A stretch of DNA of 64,000 bases from positions 1 through 64,000 of the forward strand of contig JBNGBT010000002.1 of NCBI GenBank assembly GCA_049903315.1. Direction: 5' to 3'. Positions 1 to 10,082 of the stretch are shown piece after piece; within the stretch, counting starts at the first letter, position 1, and each line of letters opens with the position of its first letter. The translations under genes were made by a program, and so were the position numbers. A model generated the notes under the pieces. The model had not been told where the DNA came from. It did no database searches and was given only the letters and a program-made list of their open reading frames with translations. Origin of the DNA: Candidatus Cloacimonadota bacterium (GTDB lineage Bacteria > Cloacimonadota > Cloacimonadia > JGIOTU-2).

Positions 1-121
1 TCTTGTAGATCGTCGGTCTACTTACATGATACTCTCGGGATAAATCAATAACACGAACATTGGCCTCTTTATAACGAAGATATACTTCCTCGCGTTGTAA
101 GGGAGCTAAACGTGTACGCTT

Positions 122-493
122 ATGCATTACCATGGCATGTACTCCTTTCTGCAACAACATACTCTTCTCCCAATTTCTGTAAACAACGCTAAGTTTTCTT
201 ACACATTAGATTATCTCTTGCGATCTATAGACATTAATAAGAATTTTCCCAAAGCATTTGATAACGTGGGATTTGTATATTTTCAGCAGGGAAATTATAA
301 CAAATCAATTGAATACCTTATAAAAGCTGTTACGATGGATTCGACCATGGTGAATGCATTAGTTGTTCTTGGTGATGCGTATGAGCAGGTAAATAATAAA
401 GAGAAGAAGCTTGAATATTACAAAAAAGCTGCCCGTTTGGGTGATATCCAAGCACAGGCATTCTTAAAAAAGGAAGGTTTTGACTGGGATTGA
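122..493 (+). CDS. TPR-repeat protein, probably only the C-terminal part; 5' end uncertain
   Basis: TPR-like helices from about residue 29 (AFDNVGFVYFQQGNYNKSIEYLIKA; ALVVLGDAYEQVNNKEKKLEYYKKAARLG). The first ~28 aa are not TPR-like, and the frame has stops upstream. Confidence 0.6.
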   Translation: MHYHGMYSFLQQHTLLPISVNNAKFSYTLDYLLRSIDINKNFPKAFDNVGFVYFQQGNYNKSIEYLIKAVTMDSTMVNALVVLGDAYEQVNNKEKKLEYYKKAARLGDIQAQAFLKKEGFDWD

Positions 494-856
494 TTAAGTA
501 TCTCTAATTTTTCATAGGGTATAACTAGGTGATTATCCCATTTCCAAATTAATAAAAATTTAATAACTAATATCAAATCTCTAATTTCTAGTTAAATTTT
601 AAAATGACAAATGTCAAAAAATTCTTCGATTTAGAGTGAAGAAATGAAAAATTGTAATGATCATACGGTATTTTTAGAAGGAGTATCGTATTGTGAACCA
701 CGAAATAAACGAAATTGATAAAATATCAGTTCCAAAATTTATATTAAGTGAAAATTGCTTTGACATTTATTCACCAGTTGACAAATAATTTGTATTTATA
801 AATTAGGATTTAGAGATTAATTTATTGTAAGCTTTTTTATTTTTTTAAAATCGTTA

Positions 857-1534
857 TTATTCCTTTTCTTTGAAATAAATTTCTGCGTGACCCAATCCTT
901 GGAGGGCATCTTGAATATCTTCGACAATATCCCAATTCTGTAATTTTACTTCTACGACTAATAATTGCTCAAGGGGTTCGATAGCACGTTGGTCGCCGAT
1001 CATACCAAGAGCAGATACTGCCTCTTGGCGAACTTCCATGTCTTTATCAGCGAGTAAATTGATAAGAGGGACAACCGCTTTCGGTTCTTCTTTTTTTCCA
1101 AGAGCTTGGGCAGCGTTTGCACGTACACGCCAGTCAGGGTCATCTAAAGAAGCGATGAGAGGATTTACCGTTTCATAACCCATATTCTGAAGAGCAACAG
1201 CCGCATTCTGGCGGACTCCAAGACTTTCATCGCGGAACATCTGTATGAGTGGAATTATAGCACGAGGGTCTTTTATTTTACCAAGGGCAATAACGCCTGC
1301 CGTACGCACTTCTTCACTTGGGTCTGATAAAATACTGATCAGAGGATCTACTGCGCGTGGGTCTTTACTCTCTGCCAGCTCTTCGGCTGCTTCAATTTGT
1401 ATGAATTTATCCACATAATCAAGATCAGCAATTAGGTCTTTAACGCGGTCGGGCTTTTTTCTTGCACAACTTGAAAAAATTACTGCTGAGAGAAGCAAAA
1501 TAATTGCAATTAAAATGTACCTTTTTTTATTCAT
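857..1534 (-). CDS. HEAT/PBS-lyase repeat lipoprotein
   Basis: Signal peptide with lipobox-like FSSC; repeated VRxxAAxALG...AVxPLIxLLxD units. Confidence 0.85.
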   Translation of the reverse strand: MNKKRYILIAIILLLSAVIFSSCARKKPDRVKDLIADLDYVDKFIQIEAAEELAESKDPRAVDPLISILSDPSEEVRTAGVIALGKIKDPRAIIPLIQMFRDESLGVRQNAAVALQNMGYETVNPLIASLDDPDWRVRANAAQALGKKEEPKAVVPLINLLADKDMEVRQEAVSALGMIGDQRAIEPLEQLLVVEVKLQNWDIVEDIQDALQGLGHAEIYFKEKE

Positions 1535-1683
1535 ATTTATTAAACCTCATGTTACAATTTAATCTAAATTTCATATATTACACTCAACTCAATGAAAATT
1601 TCGTCAAGAAATGTGTCAAATTTGTTGACAAAAAATATTCCTACTTTATTGAACAAATTATCAAATTTTGAAAGAAGGCTGAG

Positions 1684-2973
1684 ATGAAAAAGAATTTTTT
1701 CATAGCCATAATAATTATGGCTGTTCTTGTGTCTTGTTCATGGTGGAAGAAAGATGAACACAAGAGCATGCATGATCTTAACATCGACCCCGCTTTCACT
1801 TTTAATACGACACGTATGGTTACAGTTGAAATTACAGGACCAATTGAAACTGACTTCAACCTGTTCCTTGAATATGATGGGGAAGGCAAAGCCCCGAAGG
1901 ACACCTTGCTTCTGGATAAAATGGTCGTTGCGACCATGACAGATTCGACAGGAGTATTTGAAGACATAATTACATTACCTTCTTATAGGAGTCATGTATA
2001 TCTTCAGTCAGGTGAATACATCAAGAAACTTACAATTAATAAAACAACAACAACTGAGGGGGAGGTAATAGACTCGTTCTCACTACCCAAAGAATCCTTG
2101 GGAAGCACTCCTTCAAAATGCTGTTATACTTATATTTATTATCCGAGTAAGTATACATATGGCACAGTGATGTTCGAAGATCTTTGGCCCAATACGGGGG
2201 ATTACGATCTGAATGATCTTGTCATTGATGCGAACTGGATTGAAAAGTATTATAATAATCAGTATATCTATGTTCCCCCTTTCTACTTCTTTAAAAAGAT
2301 ATTCGAAATTGAAGCAAAATTCAAGATTCGAGCAACTGGAGCAAGTTATAAAATTTCTTTTGCCGTACAATTACCAGATCTTTGTTATATTGATGGAGCG
2401 GTGACAACAACATTGCCACAGGGACTTTCGGTAGAGCAGGCAAACAATACGATCGTTTTCATCTTTGATGTGCATGAAGCACTTGGCTCACCATCAGGTG
2501 AATGGACCAATACGTATGAACCTTATCCATATTACACTCCTGTTGAATTCACTGTACATATTCCAATTCAGTATGTAAACGGATTTGATCCCGCATGGGC
2601 TGCATGGGTGAGTGATCAAAACAATCCCATTTATAATCCACCTTATAATCCTTTCATCTATGTAAATGACGATAGAAGTCATGAGATCCATCTTGCTAAT
2701 TACCCTCCTACTGACTCAATGAATACTGCGCTTTTTGATACTGGAGATGATGCTTCGAATCCTGCCGCAGGTATTTATTTCAGAACTTCAAACGGACTTC
2801 CCTGGGCTGTAAATGTTGGCGAGAGTACTGTGTATATGAAAGAAACTATTCCAATTATTGATGGCTTCAGCCATTTTGCACAGTGGGCTGAAAGTGGTGG
2901 AACGTCTTATACTGATTGGTATAAAAATAAATCCGGTTATATAAGCTGGGAAAATATTTATACTGAACCCTAA
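1684..2973 (+). CDS. LruC-domain (DUF4842-like) lipoprotein
   Basis: Lipobox LVSC; motifs FEDLWPxxGDYDLNDLV, NPFIxVNxxRSHEIHL, LPWA, FxxWAESGG. Confidence 0.8.
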   Translation: MKKNFFIAIIIMAVLVSCSWWKKDEHKSMHDLNIDPAFTFNTTRMVTVEITGPIETDFNLFLEYDGEGKAPKDTLLLDKMVVATMTDSTGVFEDIITLPSYRSHVYLQSGEYIKKLTINKTTTTEGEVIDSFSLPKESLGSTPSKCCYTYIYYPSKYTYGTVMFEDLWPNTGDYDLNDLVIDANWIEKYYNNQYIYVPPFYFFKKIFEIEAKFKIRATGASYKISFAVQLPDLCYIDGAVTTTLPQGLSVEQANNTIVFIFDVHEALGSPSGEWTNTYEPYPYYTPVEFTVHIPIQYVNGFDPAWAAWVSDQNNPIYNPPYNPFIYVNDDRSHEIHLANYPPTDSMNTALFDTGDDASNPAAGIYFRTSNGLPWAVNVGESTVYMKETIPIIDGFSHFAQWAESGGTSYTDWYKNKSGYISWENIYTEP

Positions 2974-3013
2974 GCAAGAATTTAAATATATTATATTCCC
3001 GATGGGGAATTGG

Positions 3014-3697
3014 TCATTTAAGAAATTCGATCACTTCTCCATCGGATATTTTTTTTACCCTACGGTTGTCATTCACATCGAGAACTTTTCCCGCTTTTAT
3101 CTCACCGGAATCCGAATAACCTCTCACTTCCCAGAAGCCAGGTTCATAATGATCCATGAGCTCTATTTTTACAAGACTTTTTGCTGATTTATATCCCCAT
3201 AAATATGGGCAGAAAATCCGGACAGGTCCGCCATAATCTTCTTCAAGATAGACTCCATCGATTTCGTATGCGAGGAGAGTTCTCTCTTTTATTGCAATAT
3301 CGATCGGAATTGATGTGTCATAATCATATCCTACTGACCAGAATCTGATAAACTGAACAGTTGAATCTGCATGTACTCTTTCGAGTATATCAGCAAGCTT
3401 CACACCACCCCAATTACCACGGACACTCCAACGGGTTACACTTGTCAGACGAGCATCGGCAACGGTCTTCGGCATGTTCTGCAGATCATTCCATGTAAAA
3501 ATTCTCGGACTGTCACACAAGCCTGTTACTTCGATTTTCCAATCTTCTCTATTTAATGTTCCGGGATGACCTTCTGCCCAGAAAATTGGTGTGTTCAATT
3601 GTTTAAGAATACTCATGGTTTGATCTCCTTCTGATGAATCTGCAGATATAACCCTGATGGGTAATAAAATTAGTAACGCTATAACAAAATATTTCAT
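3014..3697 (-). CDS. Sulfite-oxidase-family (MsrP/YedY-like) molybdopterin-binding domain protein
   Basis: WKIEVTG...FTWNDL, WGGVKLADIL, LLAYEIDG..L..DYGGPVR..P..WGYKSAK, GFWE.RGY motifs. Confidence 0.8.
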   Translation of the reverse strand: MKYFVIALLILLPIRVISADSSEGDQTMSILKQLNTPIFWAEGHPGTLNREDWKIEVTGLCDSPRIFTWNDLQNMPKTVADARLTSVTRWSVRGNWGGVKLADILERVHADSTVQFIRFWSVGYDYDTSIPIDIAIKERTLLAYEIDGVYLEEDYGGPVRIFCPYLWGYKSAKSLVKIELMDHYEPGFWEVRGYSDSGEIKAGKVLDVNDNRRVKKISDGEVIEFLK

Positions 3698-4668
3698 ACT
3701 TGCAACCGTCCCTTCCCAGAGTTATCAATCGTGAGAAGTTCTTCAGGGAATGCCTCGAAATATGTTTGCATTTTAAGATAGGGATTCTCAAACCGCACAA
3801 CCCACATTTTTAGAATGCTCATAATGGCACTTAACGGTATTTTACCTGTTCTGTATTTCTCGAGTTCAGAAAGAAAATACTGTTTCTCATTCGATGAGAG
3901 GGATTTCGAGAAATACCCGAAGATATGCTGTGCAACATTTATATTAGTTGCAATTCTTGGAAGGCGGCAAAAAATTCTCTGTAATGATTCTTCGTATCGT
4001 TGATGCACTTCATTTAATGGAAGCTTGTCATGATTCGCAGCTATTGTTCCTGCGATTTTAAGCTCTTTTTGATTGTATGCCATGAAAAGATATTTATTCT
4101 TTGAATGGAAATCAGTAAGAGAACTGATCTTGTTTTTTTGCTTTACAGTACTATATTCAGCAAAAGTAAATATTCGTCTGAAAAAATGCTCTCGCAGCCG
4201 GAGGTTGGTAAGCCGACCCTCATCTTCAATGGGAAAGTTTGGAAATTTTTGAATAACTTCTTCAGCGAAAATTCCCGTTGCTTTTTTATGTGACATTGCC
4301 ACTTTCCCGAGACGAGGATATGCTTTTACGTCCTTGATACCACATGATGGTGAGCGGCTTTTGAGAATAAATCCATGAACTTCAGGTAAAGATGTGAGGA
4401 TATCCTTTGCATATTTATTCATCTTTTCTGTAACATCAATTTCGGTATTGGATTGTATTAAATGATGTTTTCCATCAATGATTATCAGTCGAAGCGCACT
4501 TCGTGGTGTTCCCAAACCGATCTCTTGCTCAGGGCAGTGATGTATAATGTTGACGTGTTCCAGCATTGCTCTGACAACTGGGCTGCTTATCATATCTCCA
4601 CTATATCGACAGGAATCAATCTCAATGCACCTGCTGATAAAAATCGTGGGTTTTGTAAACTTTCTCAT
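3694..4668 (-). CDS. DUF523/DUF1722 (YbgA-like, 2-thiouracil desulfurase family) protein
   Basis: ISRC...[36 protein letters not shown]-terminal FHSKNKY...HIFGYF. Confidence 0.85.
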   Translation of the reverse strand: MRKFTKPTIFISRCIEIDSCRYSGDMISSPVVRAMLEHVNIIHHCPEQEIGLGTPRSALRLIIIDGKHHLIQSNTEIDVTEKMNKYAKDILTSLPEVHGFILKSRSPSCGIKDVKAYPRLGKVAMSHKKATGIFAEEVIQKFPNFPIEDEGRLTNLRLREHFFRRIFTFAEYSTVKQKNKISSLTDFHSKNKYLFMAYNQKELKIAGTIAANHDKLPLNEVHQRYEESLQRIFCRLPRIATNINVAQHIFGYFSKSLSSNEKQYFLSELEKYRTGKIPLSAIMSILKMWVVRFENPYLKMQTYFEAFPEELLTIDNSGKGRLQV

Positions 4669-5441
4669 GAATGAAGTTTTTTAGGAAGCATTGGAATAAA
4701 TGCACTGGTGCGTTTTTTGTATGCTTCAAATTCTGGATTTCCGGCATATTTTTTCTCAAGTAAAGGAATACCCGATACTTTTGTTAAGAGAAAAGTAATG
4801 ATGATAGGACTAAAAATGCACCACAATCCATTTTCTGCTGAAACACACAAGAAGAAAATACCCCACCACATTGCAGATTCACCGAAATAGTTTGGATGAC
4901 GGGTATACTTCCATAATCCTATATCCATAATTTTGCCTTTATTTTCAGGAAAAGATTTAAACTTCTTCAACTGCGAATCTCCAACAGTCTCGAAGATAAA
5001 TCCGATGAGCCAGATTACGATTCCGATATAATCAAATATTTTAAGTCCCGCCTGAAAAGAGGTATTAAGAATTATTACTGGATAGACGATAAAGAATAGT
5101 AAAATTCCTTGTTGTAAAAAGACCTCAATATAACTTCTTATTATCCAATTCTTCCCCCATTTCTTTCGCCAATTTGCATAACGAAAATCTTCCGATCTTC
5201 CTTTATTCCTTAAATATATATGAATGGCTAATCGGAAGCCCCAGATAAGGATAAGTAGAGTTACAATAATCTGTCTGGTTGTGTAAAAAGGTGTATATAT
5301 AAAAGCCACAATTGCAGAAATAATAAAGCCCAATCCCCAGGCTATATCAGCGATCGAATTGTCTTTTAATATCAATGCTAAAACAAACATCAACGTCATA
5401 TAAAGTATAATAATAGCAGGTATTAATACAAACAAGCTCAT
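4665..5441 (-). CDS. DUF1295 (steroid 5-alpha-reductase-like) membrane protein
   Basis: [38 protein letters not shown]; multiple transmembrane segments. Confidence 0.85.
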   Translation of the reverse strand: MSLFVLIPAIIILYMTLMFVLALILKDNSIADIAWGLGFIISAIVAFIYTPFYTTRQIIVTLLILIWGFRLAIHIYLRNKGRSEDFRYANWRKKWGKNWIIRSYIEVFLQQGILLFFIVYPVIILNTSFQAGLKIFDYIGIVIWLIGFIFETVGDSQLKKFKSFPENKGKIMDIGLWKYTRHPNYFGESAMWWGIFFLCVSAENGLWCIFSPIIITFLLTKVSGIPLLEKKYAGNPEFEAYKKRTSAFIPMLPKKLHS

Positions 5442-5450
5442 TAAAACTCC

Positions 5451-6167
5451 TTATTCATATTCATAATATATATCTACATTTGTTGTTTTTTCCCATGCAC
5501 CGTTTTCTTGATGTGGAAGGATTGAGAGTCCGTGTATCTCTTTTACCTGCCGTGTTTCTGTATCCATGACGAAGAAGCTTGATTTTATGAGCAGTTTCAG
5601 AAATATACTCGATACTCCCATTTTTATAACAACGGTACCTGGTTTCTCGTATTTTGAATTATTGATTTTTTTTAAATAAAAGCCTGCTGTAGTAAGCATA
5701 TCGGCAGCGGGCAGTTTAAATTTAACTGTGTTTCCATCCATGATCTTGTCCCATTTGCTTACGAGAAATTCAACAAAGAGTGGTCCAACCAGGAGAGTGT
5801 CATCAAAAGCAAAGGTTTTGGATTTTGTCTTATTATTTTTTGTATAGGTTATTGAGATTTGTCTGTCTTGCAATAAAATGCTGCTTGATTCATTGGTGAC
5901 ATAAAATTCGGCATTGTATTTCAATAATGAACCATCTTTTAGGACTGCTTCTTCAACAACAGCCTCAGAGCTATCAGGTAACAGGTAATAATGTGATAAT
6001 ATTTCTAAGTCATCTTGATTTCTATCATTATTATATTGAAAGTATAGTAATAATGGTGGTTCTGTATCCTGCTGAAATACCTTTGCTTTAAATGAATCTC
6101 CCGCGAGTATGATTGTGGGAATAATAAGGAATAGAATGACCAGATGCAGCTTCTTTATCATTCCCAT
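5451..6167 (-). CDS. Exported hypothetical protein
   Basis: 238-aa ORF with N-terminal signal peptide, tightly packed in the operon. Confidence 0.7.
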   Translation of the reverse strand: MGMIKKLHLVILFLIIPTIILAGDSFKAKVFQQDTEPPLLLYFQYNNDRNQDDLEILSHYYLLPDSSEAVVEEAVLKDGSLLKYNAEFYVTNESSSILLQDRQISITYTKNNKTKSKTFAFDDTLLVGPLFVEFLVSKWDKIMDGNTVKFKLPAADMLTTAGFYLKKINNSKYEKPGTVVIKMGVSSIFLKLLIKSSFFVMDTETRQVKEIHGLSILPHQENGAWEKTTNVDIYYEYE

Positions 6168-6688
6168 ATTTGCGGCATCCTTTTTATTTTAGAAACATCA
6201 TATCCAACCTGGTTGAGTTTTTGTAATATGTTCTGATAAATTTCATCTTCGATTGATGGTTCACGAGCCATAATCCACACGAATTTTCTGCTTGGTTCTC
6301 CAATTACCGTGTAAGAATAATCTTCAGCCAAATCGATGATCAGGTAGGGAACTTTGAGGGGCCAGAGAAATTGTACCCGCCACTCTGCATTTGTCTGGGT
6401 ATCATATATCCACGCTTTTGGTTTAAGGTGTTTCTGTTTTCCATTTGGATCTTTGATTCTGAATATATAATCAATTTTCACCCTATTGTCTTCAAGCAGA
6501 GTATAGGATTCTATTCCATTGACCGCATCTTTTTCGATGAAATTCGGGATGATGGCAATTACATACCAGTCTCCAGCAAAGCAATCAAGGTCAACGTAAT
6601 TTACAGTTTGTAATGGTTCCATATTGTCCTCTTTACATGCGAGCAGCATCCACGCAAGTAGAAACATAATTATAATTATTTTTTTCAT
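6158..6688 (-). CDS. Lipocalin (Blc-like) lipoprotein
   Basis: Lipobox LLAC; VDLDCFAGDWYVIA, VQFLWP, YxxIGEPSRKFVWIMAR. Confidence 0.85.
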   Translation of the reverse strand: MKKIIIIMFLLAWMLLACKEDNMEPLQTVNYVDLDCFAGDWYVIAIIPNFIEKDAVNGIESYTLLEDNRVKIDYIFRIKDPNGKQKHLKPKAWIYDTQTNAEWRVQFLWPLKVPYLIIDLAEDYSYTVIGEPSRKFVWIMAREPSIEDEIYQNILQKLNQVGYDVSKIKRMPQIWE

Positions 6689-8211
6689 GTTCTTTTCTTC
6701 CTTCGAAGTTCCCGACAGATTCTTTCAACGCGTCTGAAATCTACTTTTCCGCTTCCCATAGTCGGGATATTTTCTATTACATAAAACTCTTTTGGAATAG
6801 CAATGGCCGGTAGTTCTGATTGCATCTCCTTTTTTACTTTTTTGAAATCAATCTCTTTTGTAGTAAGAGCTGCTACAATTTCTGAGCCTTTTATTTCGTC
6901 AGGTACATCGACTACGCAAAAAAGGACATCATCCGGAATATATTTTTCTAATATTTCCTCGACTCTAACCAGAGATATCATTTCTCCGCCAATTTTCACA
7001 AAGCGTTTCAATCTGCCCTTATGCCAAAGGAAGCCGTCTTCATCTATCAAACCCATATCTCCTGTTTCATACCATCCGTTCTTTATGCGAAATGTTGTTT
7101 CTTCAAGTTCTCCATAATATCCCTTCATCACAGAGGGTCCCTTCACAAGTATTTCCCCAAGTTCGCCGTGTTGAAGATCTTCTCCAGTTTCGCAGTTCAC
7201 GATTTTCACTTGCAAGTCATTAATCACTTTTCCGACACTCCCTGGTTTGTTATTCTCAAGGGTATTGGATGAGATAACAGGACTTGTCTCTGTTGTGCCA
7301 TAACCTTCCAGCACTGTTATATTATGAAGCTTTCGAAACCCTTCACGAAGGTGCTCTTTTACTTTATCTGCGCCTGCGATCAAGTAGCGGATCGATGAAA
7401 ACATTTCTGGTGAAGATTGTTTCAAATAACCGTAGAGAAAAGTTGGCGTACCAAACACAAATGTAACCTGGTGCTTGCTGATCGTTTCAACGATTTTACG
7501 ATATTCAAGAGGATTAGCATGTGTTACAATGGAAGCACCAGCAGAAAGTGCCAACCAAAAAAGAGTAAATCCAAATATATGAAAAACAGGTAAATTCCCG
7601 AGGAATACATCCTGTGGTGAGAGATCAAATATTTTCGGAAATGTCATGAGCTGGTGCATAATATTCGCGTGAGAAAGTTGGACCGCTTTTGGCTCTTTTT
7701 CACTACCACTTGTAAAGATTATGACCGAGGTTTCATCGTCGTTCCCATGACAGATTTTTTTCTGTATTGAAGAAGATGAAAGTTTGGATGCAAACAGTGC
7801 TTTCAATTTCATCGGAAGGGTGATGCGGGATTTTATGTCTTCAAGAAAGATCATACCTTCGACAGGTTTCTGGTCGAGTTTTTCAAGAAGTTTTCTGCTT
7901 GTGAGGATCGAACTGAAACCAATTTTATCCTGTGCATAAAGGCAGTTCTGCGATGCAAGAGTTGCATAGTTTATCATGACAGGTATCTTATCAGCCATCA
8001 ACGTCGCAATTACAGAGATAAATGCTGCGGCTGAAGTCGGAATCATAATTCCGATATGTTTCTCGGGATATTTCTTGATTATATTCTTAAAAAGAAGGGA
8101 AGCGATGAGTAGTTCATCATAAGTATATTCTTTATTTAATGTTTTATCAATAACAGCTATTTTTTTCTTTGATTCTGTTGCAGTAAGAAGAAATTTTTCT
8201 TGTAATAGCAT
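6685..8211 (-). CDS. AMP-binding acyl ligase (stand-alone Aas-type acyl-ACP synthetase domain)
   Basis: FTSGSEKEPKAV, EGYGTTETSP, WYETGD, GRLKRFVKIGGEMISL, GSGKVD. Confidence 0.85.
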   Translation of the reverse strand: MLLQEKFLLTATESKKKIAVIDKTLNKEYTYDELLIASLLFKNIIKKYPEKHIGIMIPTSAAAFISVIATLMADKIPVMINYATLASQNCLYAQDKIGFSSILTSRKLLEKLDQKPVEGMIFLEDIKSRITLPMKLKALFASKLSSSSIQKKICHGNDDETSVIIFTSGSEKEPKAVQLSHANIMHQLMTFPKIFDLSPQDVFLGNLPVFHIFGFTLFWLALSAGASIVTHANPLEYRKIVETISKHQVTFVFGTPTFLYGYLKQSSPEMFSSIRYLIAGADKVKEHLREGFRKLHNITVLEGYGTTETSPVISSNTLENNKPGSVGKVINDLQVKIVNCETGEDLQHGELGEILVKGPSVMKGYYGELEETTFRIKNGWYETGDMGLIDEDGFLWHKGRLKRFVKIGGEMISLVRVEEILEKYIPDDVLFCVVDVPDEIKGSEIVAALTTKEIDFKKVKKEMQSELPAIAIPKEFYVIENIPTMGSGKVDFRRVERICRELRRKKRT

Positions 8212-8217
8212 AATTAG

Positions 8218-8736
8218 TTACTCGTATTTCTCCCAGGGATCCACAAACAATTTTGAAATATCGAATCCCTTCTCAGTAAGTCTTTGAAGGATCTGTTGAT
8301 ATTGCTCCTCAGGAACGAATTTGTTTCTGCTGAGGATCCAGAGAAATTTCCTTTTTGGTTCACTTACAACTGCATACTCGTAATTTTTTCCTAAATCTAT
8401 GATCCAATAATTTGCACTGAAAGGCCAGAAAAATTGTACCTTCAGCTTTGCGTTCGACTCTTTATCATAGACCCACGCCTTACCTTTGATCTGACTGATC
8501 TTGCTATCAAATTTTATGCACTTATTAATAACCTGTATCTTGCCATCATCCCTAAGCGAATACTCGACCCATGAACGTTCGCATTTTTTTTGGAATCCGT
8601 TAGGATAGCGAGCAATTTCATACCATGTGCCAAGATATCTATCTAAATCTACAGAAGGGACGACCCTTAACTGCTCCTCTGCAAAAAGGGATAAAGGAAG
8701 TATACAGATGCCGATCAAAATTAATATTATTTTCAT
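8218..8736 (-). CDS. Lipocalin (Blc-like), second copy
   Basis: VDLDRYLGTWYEIARYP, LKVQFFWPF, FLWILSR. Start moved to the ATG at 8736, which follows an AAGGAG RBS and opens a signal peptide. Confidence 0.85.
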   Translation of the reverse strand: MKIILILIGICILPLSLFAEEQLRVVPSVDLDRYLGTWYEIARYPNGFQKKCERSWVEYSLRDDGKIQVINKCIKFDSKISQIKGKAWVYDKESNAKLKVQFFWPFSANYWIIDLGKNYEYAVVSEPKRKFLWILSRNKFVPEEQYQQILQRLTEKGFDISKLFVDPWEKYE

Positions 8737-8812
8737 TTTTTCTCCTTCAAATAGTATTAGATGTATCAATTTATATGTCAATTAAATTATGAAATAATGG
8801 ACAAAGAATAAT

Positions 8813-9760
8813 ATGGTGAATAGATTTTTATTGTTCATGAAAAAGCAAATGTGTATAAAAACAGTAATTATTTTATTATCTATTTTTTTTCTATGGTGCG
8901 GTTCTGCATCATCCGATATATTACAAAATGACTATGTCATCATTTCCTTTCAAACTCAGGACCACAAGGTTGCTGAAAATGTATTAGATAAATTTTCTGG
9001 TATTGTGACCCAGGTAAATAGAGAAGTGGGTTTTTATGAGGTGCCGATCATACAGCTTATTCTTACTCACTCCGAGAAAGAATTTGATGAATACATTTCA
9101 CGTGGAAAATTGCCGGAAAGCAGTATTGCGATGGCTATCCCGGCACTCTCAAAAATAATTATCAGAAATCCTAAAAATCTTCCTCCGCATACAGAATTTT
9201 ATAAAGTACTTACCCATGAATATCTCCATGTTGTGCTTCGCTCAATCGCGCCGAATACTTTTCTTCCATTATGGTTCGAAGAGGGATTTGTTCAGTATTA
9301 TGCAAAAGAATGGAACATAAATAAAGAAGTACAATTTGTTACTGATGCACTCAAGGGAAATGTGCTCGATCTGCAGCTTTATTCTTATCATTATCCTCAG
9401 GTAAAGAAGAAAGTTGAGATATTTTATCTGCAGAGTTATTACACATTTCGCTACCTCCTAAAAAGATTTACTATCCAGAAATTTTATCAATTTATTGATT
9501 ATATTCATACTGCCGATAACTTTGAAACTGCCTTTATAAAAGCATTTGGCATGTCTGTTCACTCCTTTCTTGATGGTGCCAAAAAATCAATTTCTTCCCA
9601 TTCTATCTTGGCAATATTATACTCTGGTTTTGGATTATTTTGGATAATAATTCCAATATTACTTTTAATTGCTTACATGCGCAAACAGCGATACAGAAGA
9701 AGGTTAGAGGAAAAATGGGAGAAAGAGAACGTGGAGCAAATTTCGTCAGGCGGTAGTTAA
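8813..9760 (+). CDS. Membrane-anchored peptidase MA (gluzincin-like) family protein
   Basis: HEYLH zinc motif followed by PLWFEEG; C-terminal transmembrane helix and basic tail. Confidence 0.75.
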   Translation: MVNRFLLFMKKQMCIKTVIILLSIFFLWCGSASSDILQNDYVIISFQTQDHKVAENVLDKFSGIVTQVNREVGFYEVPIIQLILTHSEKEFDEYISRGKLPESSIAMAIPALSKIIIRNPKNLPPHTEFYKVLTHEYLHVVLRSIAPNTFLPLWFEEGFVQYYAKEWNINKEVQFVTDALKGNVLDLQLYSYHYPQVKKKVEIFYLQSYYTFRYLLKRFTIQKFYQFIDYIHTADNFETAFIKAFGMSVHSFLDGAKKSISSHSILAILYSGFGLFWIIIPILLLIAYMRKQRYRRRLEEKWEKENVEQISSGGS

Positions 9761-10082
9761 CTCACTATTATTTTGTATGTTACAGATTTATAAAAAAAAA
9801 TTTGACAGCCATTTAATTAAATTGCTAAGGTCGATAAAGTTTCACTCAAACTAAAAAAAGGTAGTAAAGCTTTGAAAAATTTCTTAAGAAGAAAGAAGTT
9901 AAAAAAACGCAAGAGACTGCTAAGAACACTATTTCCATCTACATATTCATTATATACTCGCACAGTCTTACGCAATAAAAACGAAAATAGGCATGTTAAT
10001 ATCATTGATAGGTATTCATCTAATACTTTTCGGATGAGTGGATTTTGTTAATACAAAATAATACAGGGAGGAAAGTACACCT

